DNA of 62,808 nt, counting the filler, from Nemertoderma westbladi (Eukaryota > Animalia > Xenacoelomorpha): the NCBI GenBank assembly GCA_032718475.1. It is 5 parts of 5 records of this genome, joined end to end, with 100 filler letters (N's around TTAATTAATTAA, not from the genome) between each part and the next. Parts side by side here need not be neighbours in the genome. Positions count along the whole stretch, not along the records: positions 33,740 to 52,214 come from JAUCBJ010006124.1; 4 more parts are not named here. One strand, 5' to 3'. Below the pieces are notes generated by a model. That model saw only the letters and a program-made list of their open reading frames with translations, searched no databases and was not told where the DNA came from. Position 1 is the first letter of the stretch; every line of letters starts with the position of its first letter. Both the position numbers and the translations under genes were made by a program. Below are positions 33,961 to 45,687 of the stretch, piece by piece.

Positions 33961-36900
33961 TTTGACGGAACTCTGTATAGATACAACGGAACTTACTTTG
34001 ATGGAACTCTGTAGAGATACAACGGAACTTACTTTGATGGAACTCTGTAGAGAGAGATACAACGGAATTTACTTTGACGGAACTCTGTAGAGATACAACG
34101 GAACTTACTTTGATGGAACTCTGTAGAGATACAACGGAACTTACTTTGAAGGGACTCTGTATAGATACAACGGAACTTACTTTGATGGAACTCTGTAGAG
34201 ATACAACGGAACTTACTTTGACGGGACTCTGTAGAGATACAACGGAACTTACTTTGACGGGACTCTGTAGAGATACAACGGAATTTACTTTGACGTGACT
34301 CTGTAGAGATACAACGGAACTTACTTTGATGGAACTCTGTAGAGATAAAACGGAACTTACTTTGATGGAACTCTGTAGAGATACAGCGGAACTTACTTTG
34401 ATGGAACTCTGTAGAGATACAACGGAACTTACTTTGATGGAACTCTGTAGAGAGAGATACAACGGAATTTACTTTGATGGAACTCTGTAGAGATACAACG
34501 GAACTTACTTTGATGGAACTCTGTAGAGATACAACGGAACTTACTTTGATGGAACTCTGTAGAGAGAGATACAACGGAACTTACTTTGATGGAACTCTAT
34601 AGAGATACAACGGAACTTACTATGATGGAACTCTGTAGAGATACATCGGAATTTACTTTGACGGGACTCTGTAGAGATACAACGGAACTTACTTTGATGG
34701 AACTCTGTAGAGATACAACGGAACTTACTTTGATGGAACTCTGTAGAGATACAACGGAACTTACTTTGACGGAACTCTGTAGAGATACATCGGAATTTAC
34801 TTTGACGGGACTCTGTAGAGATACAACGGAACTTACTTTGATGGAACACTGTAGAGATACAACGGAACTTACTTTGATGGAACTCTGTAGCGATACAACG
34901 GAACTTACTTTGACGGGACTCTGTAGAGATGCAACGGAATTTACTTTGACGGGACTCTGTAGAGATACAACGGAATTTACTTTGATGGAACTCTGTAGAA
35001 ATACAACGGAACTTACTTTGATGGAACTCTGTAGAGATACATCGGAATTTACTTTGACGGGACTCTGTAGCGATACAACGGAACTTTCTTTGATGGAACT
35101 CTGTAGAGATACATCGGAATTTACTTTGACGGGACTCTGTAGAGATACAACGGAACTTACTTTGATGGAACTCTGTAGAGAGAGTACAACGGAACTTACA
35201 TTGATGGAACTATGTAGAGATACAACGGAACTTACTTTGATGGAACTCTGTTGAGATACAACGGAACTTACTTTGATGGAACTCTGTAGAGATACAACGG
35301 AACTTACTTTGATGGAACTCTGTAGAGAGAGATACAACGGAACTTACTTTGATGGAACTCTGTAGAGATACAACGGAACTTACTTTGATGGAACTCTGTA
35401 GAGATACAACGGAACTTACTTTGATGGAACTCTGTAGAGATACAACGGAACTTACTTTGATGGAACTCTGTAGAGATACAACGGAACTTACTTTGATGGA
35501 ACTCTGTAGAGATACAACGGAACTTACTTTGATGGAACTCTGTAGAGATACAACGGAACTTACTTTGATGGAACTCTGTAGAGAGAGATACAACGGAACT
35601 TACTTTGATGGAACTCTGTAGAGATACAACGGAATTTACTTTGACGGAACTCTGTATAGATACAACGGAACTTACTTTGATGGAACTCTGTAGAGATACA
35701 ACGGAACTTACTTTGATGGAACTCTGTAGAGAGAGATACAACGGAACTTACTTTGATGGAACTCTGTAGAGATACAACGGAATTTACTTTGACGGAACTC
35801 TGTATAAATACAACGGAACTTACTTTGATGGAACTCTGTAGAGATACAACGGAACTTACTTTGAAGGGACTCTGTATAGATACAACGGAACTTACTTTGA
35901 TGGAACTCTGTAGAGATACAACGGAACTTACTTTGAAGGGACTCTGTATAGATACAACGGAACTTACTTTGACGGGACTCTGTAGAGATACAACGGAACT
36001 TACTTTGACGGGACTCTGTAGAGATACAACGGAACTTACTTTGATGGAACTCTGTAGAGATACAACGGAACTTACTTTGATGGAACTATGTAGAGAGAGA
36101 TACAACGGAATTTATTTTGACGGGACTCTGTAGAGATACAACGGAACTTACTTTGAAGGGACTCTGTATAGATACAACGGAACTTACTTTGATGGAACTC
36201 TGTAGAGATACAACGGAACTTACTTTGATGGAACTCTGTAGAGATACAACGGAACTTCAGAATTTACTTTGACGGGATTGCAAATGCCGGCCGGCTTACT
36301 TTGATGGAACTCTGTAGAGATACATCGGAATTTACTTTGACGGGACTCTGTAGAGATACAACGGAACTTACTTTGATGGAACTCTGTAGAGATACAACGG
36401 AACTTACTTTGATGGAACTCTGTAGAGATACAACGGAACTTACTTTGATGGAACTCTGTAGAGAGAGATACAACGGAATTTATTTTGACGGGACTCTGTA
36501 GAGATACAACGGAACTTACTTTGAAGGGACTCTGTATAGATACAACGGAACTTACTTTGACGTGACTCTGTAGAGATACAACGGAATTTACTTTGACGGG
36601 ACTCTGTAGAGATACAACGGAACTTACTTTGATGGAACTCTGTAGAGATACAACGGAACTTACTTTGATGGAACTCTGTAGAGAGAGATACAACGGAATT
36701 TATTTTGACGGGACTCTGTAGAGATACAACGGAACTTACTTTGAAGGGACTCTGTATAGATACAACGGAACTTACTTTGATGGAACTCTGTAGAGATACA
36801 ACGGAACTTACTTTGATGGAACTCTGTAGAGATACAACGGAACTTCAGAATTTACTTTGACGGGACTCTGTAGAGATACAACGGAACTTACTTTGATGGA

Positions 36901-37315
36901 ACTCTGTAGAGATACAACGGAACTTACTTTGATGGAACTCTGTAGAGATACAACGGAACTTACTTTAATGGAACTCTGTAGAGATACAACGGAACTTACT
37001 TTGATGGAACTCTGTAGAGATACAACGGAACTTACTTTAATGGAACTCTGTAGAGATACAACGGAACTTACTTTGATGGAACTCTGTAGAGATACAACGG
37101 AACTTACTTTGATGGAACTCTGTAGAGAGAGTACAACGGAACTTACTTTGATGGAACTCTGTAGAGATACAACGGAACTTACTTTGATGGAACTCTGTAG
37201 AGATACAACGGAACTTACTTTGATGGAACTCTGTAGAGAGAGTACAACGGAACTTACTTTGATGGAACTCTGTAGAGATACAACGGAACTTACTTTGATG
37301 GAACTCTGTTGAGAT
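33961..37315. repeat. 36-bp satellite (GAGATACAACGGAACTTACTTTGATGGAACTCTGTA), block 1
   Basis: About 90 head-to-tail, highly homogeneous units, no spacers. Confidence 0.97.
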
Positions 37316-37797
37316 CTGTCTGTGTTGAGAAGGCTCCATGAACGTATTTAAGGAGGAAAAAGCCGTACAACCAAAAAAGGAAAAACGCGTAAGTATATCT
37401 CTTAAACATTCTGGTAAATAATACGGATAGAGATAATAGTAAAATAATAATACATACTAATTGCGTGTATAATAATACATATAATATTTTGTTATAATAA
37501 CACTGAAGTAATATTGGCACATGATAATATAAATAAAAAGCACAAAATTAACAACATTGAAACATCATAAAACATTGAGCACAAAGAGTGATATGAAATA
37601 TTCTAAATCATAAAACATTGAGCACAAAGAGTGATATGAAATATTCTAAAAAGGGAATAATTTATAAATAGAATGTCGGTGGTCCAATGATTGTGAAATT
37701 AGTTAAAATAATAATTATGTCATAAACAAACATCGAGCTATTTATAAAAAATTAACAGAATAAATCAGATATGCGGAATAATAGAGATAATGCCGGC

Positions 37798-37988
37798 TGG
37801 GTGTGTGCAAGGGTGTTGGGTGGGTGTAAGGGTGCTGGGTGGGTGCAGAGTGTGCTGTGTGGGTGCACGTGCAAGGGTGCTGGGTGGGTGCAAGGGTGCT
37901 GGGTGGGTGCAGAGTGTGCTGTGTGGGTGCACGTGCAAGGGTGCTGGGTGGGTGCAAGGGTGCTGGGTGGTTGCAAGGGTGCTGGGTG
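37798..37988 (+). repeat. G-rich 19-bp repeat (GGGTGCTGGGTGGGTGCAA), partial copy
   Basis: Tandem GGG tracts; preceded by the same ~115-bp unique leader as the 38901 array. Confidence 0.9.
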
Positions 37989-37989
37989 G

Positions 37990-38773
37990 AACGGAACTTA
38001 CTTTGATGGAACTCTGTAGAGATACAACGGAACTTACTTTGATGGAGCTCTGTAGAGATACAACGGAACTTACTTTGATGGAACTCTGTAGAGATACAAC
38101 GGAACTTACTTTGATGGAACTCTGTAGAGATACAACGGAACTTACTTTGATGGAACTCTGTAGAGATACAACGGAACTTACTTTGATGGAACTCTGTAGA
38201 GATACAACGGAACTTACTTTGATGGAACTCTGTAGAGATACAACGGAACTTACTTTGATGGAACTCTGTAGAGAGAGATACAACGGAACTTACTTTGATG
38301 GAACTCTGTAGAGATACAACGGAATTTACTTTGAAGGGACTCTGTATAGATACAACGGAACTTACTTTGATGGAACTCTGTAGAGATACAACGGAACTTA
38401 CTTTGATGGAACTCTGTAGAGATACAACGGAACTTCAGAATTTACTTTGACGGGACTCTGTAGAGATACAACGGAACTTACTTTGATGGAACTCTGTAGA
38501 GATACAACGGAACTTACTTTGAAGGGACTCTGTATAGATACAACGGAACTTACTTTGATGGAACTCTGTAGAGATACAACGGAACTTACTTTGATGGAAC
38601 TCTGTAGAGATACAACGGAACTTCAGAATTTACTTTGACGGGACTCTGTAGAGATACAACGGAACTTACTTTGATGGAACTCTGTAGAGATACAACGGAA
38701 CTTACTTTGATGGAACTCTGTAGAGATACAACGGAACTTACTTTAATGGAACTCTGTAGAGATACAACGGAAC
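37990..38773. repeat. 36-bp satellite, block 2
   Basis: Same unit as block 1. Confidence 0.95.
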
Positions 38774-38900
38774 TGTCCGGAATGGTCCAATGATTGTGAA
38801 ATTAGTTAAAATAATAATTATGTCATAAACAAACATCGAGCTATTTATAAAAAATTAACAGAATAAATCAGATATGCGGAATAATAGAGATAATGCCGGC

Positions 38901-39461
38901 TGGGTGTGTGCAAGGGTGTTGGGTGGGTGTAAGGGTGCTGGGTAGGTGCAAGGGTGCTGGTTGGGTGCAGAGTGTGCTGTGTGGGTGCACGTGCAAGGGT
39001 GCTGGGTGGGTGCAAGGGTGCTGGGTGGGTGTAAGGGTGCTGGGTAGGTGCAAGGGTGCTGTGTGGGTGCACGTGCAAGGGTGCTGGGTGGGTGCAGAGT
39101 GTGCTGTGTGGGTGCACGTGCAAGGGTGCTGGGTGGGTGCAAGGGTGCTGGGTGGGTGCAGAGTGTGCTGTGTGGGTGCACGTGCAAGGGTGCTGGGTGG
39201 GTGCAAGGGTGCTGGGTGGGTGCAGAGTGTGCTGTGTGGGTGCACGTGCAAGGGTGCTGGGTGGGTGCAAGGGTGCTGGGTGGGTGCAGAGTGTGCTGTG
39301 TGGGTGCACGTGCAAGGGTGCTGGGTGGGTGCAAGGGTGCTGGGTGGGTGCAGAGTGTGCTGTGTGGGTGCACGTGCAAGGGTGCTGGGTGGGTGCAAGG
39401 GTGCTGGGTGGATGCAAGGGTGCTGGGTGGGTGTACGTGCAAGGGTGCTGGGTGGGTGCAA
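38901..39461 (+). repeat. G-rich repeat with 64-bp higher-order unit, G-quadruplex-prone
   Basis: CGTGCAAGGG at 39181, 39245 and 39309; continuous G3-N1-7 pattern. Confidence 0.92.
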
Positions 39462-40773
39462 GCGTGCAACCTGAGTAGTTGTGCAGAGTGGATGCATGCA
39501 AGCGTGCAACCTGGATGTAAACTATACTGGGTCTGTGCAACCTGTTTTACTGTGCTGGGTGGGTTACTTTCACCGGCTACTTACATTTTGTTCAGTATTA
39601 ATATGGATATTGAGTTTCAGGACAGGGAAGTTTATGTGTGTCCTTTTATTAGTTGGTTTCATGTTTCATTTCGAAACAAATGCAGCTTACAATTAGATTG
39701 CAAAAAAGTATGTACGGAGTATAATTCGAACACAAGACCTATAGATAGTAATTATCTTCAGTATTAGATGACCTACCTATCTCTGAATTATCCTTAGCCG
39801 GTACTGTTTCTTTGTAATTATCTAACAGTAAAATAATCCTTTTAAGGGAAATGATAAATATTCCAGAAAGTTAACACAAACTCTAACGAAACCTATACAA
39901 ATCTGTCTTCCAAAATAAATATTCATAAACGATAATGACTTGCTACAACTATTAAAATAAATTATTCTTTAAATAACTTACTTTACGTCATTAAGTCTTG
40001 TAGGATTCGTTTTAAGGGCCTACGAACAAAGACTAACTATTAATTCTATTATTGTAATATTGTGCGTATTTTTGGACAACGATACTGACTAATGGTGATT
40101 GCGATCAAGAATGTTTACAATATTCTATTCCAAAAAATGTTGGAAGAAAGTTGGTTATTTACGAAAAACATTGAAGTAATAAAAATAACAACATAGATGG
40201 GCCGGTTCCTTTGGAGCCAATTAATATGACATGACATAATTGTTTTAATTCTCGCTAACTAAATATATTAGAGGGAATAAAACTTCATGTGTCCTATTCA
40301 GTGGGTCTCCCTAACTTTGTGTCATTCCTGTGTAACAGAGTTGCCAAGTTATTTTAAAACAAAGAAATTTCAACACAAACTAATTTTACAAATCAACTTC
40401 AACTGAATCCATTAAGTTAGTTTTAAATTCACTGGAGAAAATCTGAAATTTTAAATATATGTGCCATAGAAACAGGTAAAGGTATAACTGTTAGTTCAAA
40501 GTCACTACATGCTATAAGGTTTTGTTTAGATCTACAAGTTCTATAAAGTGTTCTGATAGAAATATACATCCGAGGGCTACTTTATTAAGTTGTATATTTC
40601 ACTGTTTGTTTATGTTATAATTATTGTTAATAAGTTTAAAAAATAAGAAAAACATTCCAAAGGCTATGATTTCCAATTAATTTACTTCCATAAATAAAAG
40701 CATTTGGCAACACTTTCACACAGAATGACACCAAAACCGGCAGCCAATACGTCTAGACTAACTAATATTCAAA

Positions 40774-43644
40774 TTACTGCGTTTTCTTTAAGTCGCTGGA
40801 ATTATGGATTCTCCTAAAGAGATCCTCGAGTTTACAATCGGAATAAAGTAGAACCATAAAACTTTCGAGAAGTACGATAACCAGTCGACGGTTGAGATCG
40901 CGATTCTGCAGGAGTTGAAATAACTTTAGGATTCCGCGACGGGAAGTTTCAGTACCGAGTAGCGCCCGTAGCTCGTCGTAATCAACGAGACCCAGCAGCT
41001 TGGCCATGCAGACAACGCGAGTGCGGTGGACGGCGGACGGAGTCCTTGCCGTCTTGGGGGCGGCGAGCTGCCCCGCGGGCCACAACGAGTCCCGCAGCTG
41101 CCGGAGATACACGGCGACCTGAGCCGGACTCACGAGCCACTCGCACAGCTCCACGATCCGGCGGTTCATCTTGTCGCCGACCGCGGCCCTCACGATCCTA
41201 CTGAGCAGACTCGAGATCTGTCGTCGGAACCAACGACCTTTTGTCTTCAACTCGAATAATTCGTCCATTAGAAGCAACATGATCCTCAGCGGGATGTTCT
41301 CGTCTAAGTTAGTAGGGGCGACCACTCTACCCCGCTCGCTGTATTCCATACTCACTCGTTTCCCCGGGTCGCCACCTGACTTACTATCCCCACCCGACTT
41401 ACTATCCCTCATAATCTTATCGGATACCTTAGTGAACCCGCCTTGCACCTTATTGACGCTGTCCAGAAAGTTATCAGGAACTAATTTGATGGAATTCGTT
41501 ACGTTTTTAACAGAATTACGAAAGGGGCCGACCAAACTATCGACTCTCTTGCTGAAATTGAATTTTCCGCGCTCGTAGGAGCCGGGTTCGAGGAAGCGGA
41601 GAACTATTCCACAGGCGTTGCGATGCGACCCGAGGAACTCCTTGGAACAGAGAACCTGCAGGTAGACGGATAACGACTTCCTCCTCTTCTCTACGAAGTC
41701 CTTATCGATGCTAGAGAAGGCGGTTTTGGTTGGGAGCTTGAGGTTGGGGTTGAGGACGCCGATCTTCTCCGTGAGTATCTGATGGAGGTCGTGGAAGTCT
41801 CGATACCTCCGTTGGACCTCCCATTGCTCGGCGCCCTTACTGCTAGACTTATTGACTTCCAGACAGTAGGTGGCGAAGTTCTTGCCGCCCTCGTTGGTGA
41901 CCCCGGTGCGGCTGATTCGGCAGGTGAGTTCGACGTCCTTCGGGTTGACGGGACTGAGGGAGGCGGGGAGGGAAGGAACCGGGAAGGAAGGGAGAGTGAG
42001 CGCGTCCTGTAGGAGGGTCAACGCACTGTGGGAGTCCTCGCCGCTTGGCTCGCCCCAATCCGACGGTAACAACTGCAGGTCGTCTAGACACTTAACATAA
42101 TAGCTACTGCGTTGGAACGACGGGTAATACGCGTCGGATTCCAGGAGGGTGAAAACGTGGGTCTGCAGGGGGTTGAACATCTTGTCGTGCGGCGTCTCTA
42201 ACGAGGCCTCCAACTCGCCGACTAACAGCTCGTCCACCGCCAGTCTGGGGTTGGAATCCGCCCCGAAGTACTGCTCGTAGATGCTAACGGCGAGAGCCTT
42301 CAACGAATCGACGTCCGGTTTAATGGACTCATCGGCGAGTTGGTCGGCGGAAACTCGGAATGTTTCTACGTTCAACCAGAACAGGAGGTAACCCTGAGCG
42401 CCGATGGAGCTCATAAAGTCTGTGAAATAGGAGAGAGCGACTTTATTCTCGAGAGTGACGTTGAGTGGGAGTTGGTAGAGGACAGCGTTGGAGGCGTCGA
42501 AAGCGTCAAGAAGTTGGTCAGACTTGAGGCGATCCAGACAGAACTCCTTTACGTAGAGAACCGAACTGATCTGTTGCTTGATCTCATCCTGATCGTCGGT
42601 GGATAAATCGCGGGATCTTAGGATGGCGACTTCTTCGTCAACTCGATCCAGTATGGCTTCCAGATCCTCGGGGTTGCGAGTAACCCGGAGAGCCGTGAGG
42701 AAAGTGTCCGACGTTAGCAACGCAGTGCCTTTACACAACCAAATAATGTTCTGGTTGATATAATCAGGGTCCGAAATTAAATCCAAAGTTGGTTTTAAAA
42801 TGTTAAACAGAAGAATTTCGCGTAGAAAGTAACGCAAACAGACGTTGTTGTAACTCGCGGTCGGCGCTAAAAAGTAAACGACAACCTCGGAAATCTTCCT
42901 GAGGTATTTCTCCAACGCGATGTCAGACCGACATGGGTTAAACTTTGTGAATCCTTTCATCTCTAATTCAATATCCACGAAGGCCTCCTTTATTCGTTCG
43001 CGCAACGATTCATCCCATTCGATGTCTTCCAGCATTTTAATTCGGTCCGTAGATTTACAGAATAAACGCACGTGCGTTGTAAAGTCGTCCACAATTTGTT
43101 GTGTAAAAAACTCCACCCAATTAATTCCTTTACATCGTTCCGAAACAGTGATTATTGCACTTTCTAACGCTGAGTAAATATACTGGCAAAGTTCCTCGCT
43201 GTCTGTTATTGTAAAGTACCAGGAATTAATGAAATCTCGCATTATGTAGTGCAATATTTGGTGTAATACCTCGTCTATCTTATCATCTTTCGTGAGTTTT
43301 CTTTGGACTACAGAGAAATCTTTATTAGTGACTTTTCGTTTATTTCCCTTTTCCATAGACTTAATAACGCTTTCGATCCCGGTAGATATCTGGGGTGGGA
43401 ACGCGACTTCGCCGTTATCGGCGAGCAGTTGGAGCTGCTGCTGTCGCATCCCGTACAGCACGACCCAACAACCGCAGAGGAACGCCACAACGTACAGGGG
43501 AAGGTAAAGCAATCCGCTGACACCGAATGTGGCGAAAAATAAAATTATAAAAGGAATTATCCAACTTAAATATTTCAAACGCACACGATGGCGTAGATGT
43601 TCGAACACGGAAGGAGGAAGAAATAGTTCAGTATCTTCATCCAT
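40774..43644 (-). CDS. SNX13: Sorting nexin-13 (TM-PXA-RGS-PX-Nexin_C), single exon
   Basis: N-terminal TMs; PXA RDFINSWY, DPDYINQ; RGS FWLNVETFR, YYPSFQRS; PX RRYRDFHDLH, FVEKRR; C-terminal NIPLRIMLLLMDELFEL, LNRRLV. Confidence 0.93.
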   Translation of the reverse strand: MDEDTELFLPPSVFEHLRHRVRLKYLSWIIPFIILFFATFGVSGLLYLPLYVVAFLCGCWVVLYGMRQQQLQLLADNGEVAFPPQISTGIESVIKSMEKGNKRKVTNKDFSVVQRKLTKDDKIDEVLHQILHYIMRDFINSWYFTITDSEELCQYIYSALESAIITVSERCKGINWVEFFTQQIVDDFTTHVRLFCKSTDRIKMLEDIEWDESLRERIKEAFVDIELEMKGFTKFNPCRSDIALEKYLRKISEVVVYFLAPTASYNNVCLRYFLREILLFNILKPTLDLISDPDYINQNIIWLCKGTALLTSDTFLTALRVTRNPEDLEAILDRVDEEVAILRSRDLSTDDQDEIKQQISSVLYVKEFCLDRLKSDQLLDAFDASNAVLYQLPLNVTLENKVALSYFTDFMSSIGAQGYLLFWLNVETFRVSADQLADESIKPDVDSLKALAVSIYEQYFGADSNPRLAVDELLVGELEASLETPHDKMFNPLQTHVFTLLESDAYYPSFQRSSYYVKCLDDLQLLPSDWGEPSGEDSHSALTLLQDALTLPSFPVPSLPASLSPVNPKDVELTCRISRTGVTNEGGKNFATYCLEVNKSSSKGAEQWEVQRRYRDFHDLHQILTEKIGVLNPNLKLPTKTAFSSIDKDFVEKRRKSLSVYLQVLCSKEFLGSHRNACGIVLRFLEPGSYERGKFNFSKRVDSLVGPFRNSVKNVTNSIKLVPDNFLDSVNKVQGGFTKVSDKIMRDSKSGGDSKSGGDPGKRVSMEYSERGRVVAPTNLDENIPLRIMLLLMDELFELKTKGRWFRRQISSLLSRIVRAAVGDKMNRRIVELCEWLVSPAQVAVYLRQLRDSLWPAGQLAAPKTARTPSAVHRTRVVCMAKLLGLVDYDELRALLGTETSRRGILKLFQLLQNRDLNRRLVIVLLESFMVLLYSDCKLEDLFRRIHNSSDLKKTQ

Positions 43645-44976
43645 ATTATTAATTAGGCCTATAGCTGTATAGGCCTACCGTAATACTGTAATATTAAATT
43701 AAATTGTAATTCAACAATGAGATGTGCTGATTTGGCAGTTAGACGAGGCGCGGGGCATGTCTCTATATCTATTACCGGTATCTACCTGCACTCCGAACTC
43801 TGGGAAATCAGAAATATGCCATATACTCTACCGCTCCGGTACAGCGGTATGTTAATTACATAATTAATGATTAAAGCGCAGACAAACTGATTCTCTATTT
43901 TTCCTAACACATTAACAGCAACAGTAACAGCGATAGCGAACAACTGATTGACTGAATGTCAAAAGCAGGAAGGCGGGGCTAGCCACGAAGTTGGCAGTGT
44001 GCGGAGGCTTATCGATTTGATCTGACACTGTTATGGGAGGTCCCGGTCAATAAATCGCAAATAGTGTTGTACGTAGTCGTGGTCATTGTTTTGGTGTTTA
44101 CTATTTTGATATGCTAATAACTGACGGATTTAAAGCTGTCGAGTTTAAAATTTGTAGACATCAATAAAGAGCAAAAGTTGAGATTTTTTGACACTTTCAA
44201 ACACCATCAGTTCAACAGTATTCGGCTAGAGGGCGATGTCTAAACATTAAATCGTCACCAATAAGTCAAAAACTACAGTATGGTAAGATCCAAAAAATTG
44301 GTTTTTTACTTTTTCGTTTTACCTGGGTAAAAAGGACCCACACCCTTTCCAATGGCCGCATTCTTATTGGCTGAAAATTTACGGAAATAGACTGAATCTA
44401 GAATCGGCAAACTAGTGACGTTTACGATACTGGTTGATAATGGTTTCTTTCAATTACTACTATGGCAACATTGTTTTAACCAATTAAATTAGTTTTCTTA
44501 CCAGGGCAACATTCTTGCCGTGAGAACCAACCAGTAGTGCACGATTTTATGCTTGGGCGGCTTCATGGAGGTGATAAGTATGATGGACAACCCAGCGCAG
44601 TACTAATGTCGTACTATAATACAGTAGTAGGACAGTCGTACTATAGTTTTAATTGAAGCACAGCTCCGCAGCTGCACTAAATTAACACCACAAGGCTCAC
44701 TGCTTAAGGGACTTACTTAAGAATAGTGGTACTAAAGTAAAGTGGTACTATGCTGCGTTACGAGTAAATAAATTTAATAATAATAATAAAATAAATTTAT
44801 AATTCCAATAAACAATTTAATAAGTAATTAATAATTTCTAACCATAAACCTTAAGCTTAACCTACGACAATTTTTCATACAGTAGAACGTCAATAACATG
44901 ATATGTCTTTGACTAATAGCCAAATCCACTCACATCCATTTTATTTGAAAGAAATTTACAAAATATCCAATGTGAC

Positions 44977-45172
44977 TCACGAATGGTCATCAAATAGACC
45001 AACGAAAAAACACAATAAAACAAATAATCCAGTACATCCGCAAGACAATATAACATAGGCGATCATCATCGGTCCGCCTTCTATACCAAGGAATTTAATA
45101 GTTTTCACTAAAGTTGATGGAGATCTCCTGTTCGAATCGCCATCAATATAAAGGACGTGATTTCTGCAGCAT
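44977..45172 (-). CDS. Small Cys-rich single-pass membrane protein, exon 2
   Basis: TTTTGTTTCAG acceptor; CCRNH... then hydrophobic MMIAYVILSCGCTGLFVLLCFFVGLF. Confidence 0.6.
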
Positions 45173-45484
45173 CTGAAACAAAATATTGTTGATGGTTTAT
45201 AAAATATATAAAATAAATATACAACATAACTTAGTCTGTTAGTTCTGAAATACAAAAATTATACAGCAAAACAGATGCGATGGCACTGAGAGATTTCCAA
45301 CATAGCCTACTTTACAGCACTAAACAACCATGAGAGAGGAGGCTTGTTGAATCCTCCTCCGTGTCGTGTGTTAATGAATTCTTCCCCTATTTTTCATTGT
45401 TTCTAAGAAGCGTTCCGGTTATATTTTCACATAAAACAATGTTGTAAAATACAAATACAATACAGCAGTTGTTTTGTTACCTAC

Positions 45485-45687
45485 TTTAATACATCTTGAC
45501 AACAATGTCCATAACCATCGGGTATGTAATCCAAACAATCTTCATCATCAAGGCAATATATACCCCTACTGTGTAGGCCTACATCATGGATCCGATCGTG
45601 ATACAACGGTCTTGCTTTCACCAACATAATTGAGTACACTATAACAACAACAACAACACGAAATATACATATGCCTTCTAGAACCAT
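45485..45687 (-). CDS. Small Cys-rich single-pass membrane protein, exon 1
   Basis: Signal-peptide-like N-terminus; CLDDEDC..HCC; donor AA|GTAGGT gives an in-frame join (132 aa). Confidence 0.6.

Noticed and set aside
33961-38773. 36-bp repeat as a CRISPR array
   Set aside because: Units are head-to-tail with no unique spacers, there are no cas genes, and the context is eukaryotic.
33896-39767. Long repetitive ORFs over the 36-bp and G-rich arrays
   Set aside because: By-products of stop-free tandem units, open in several frames and strands and broken by unit-length slips.
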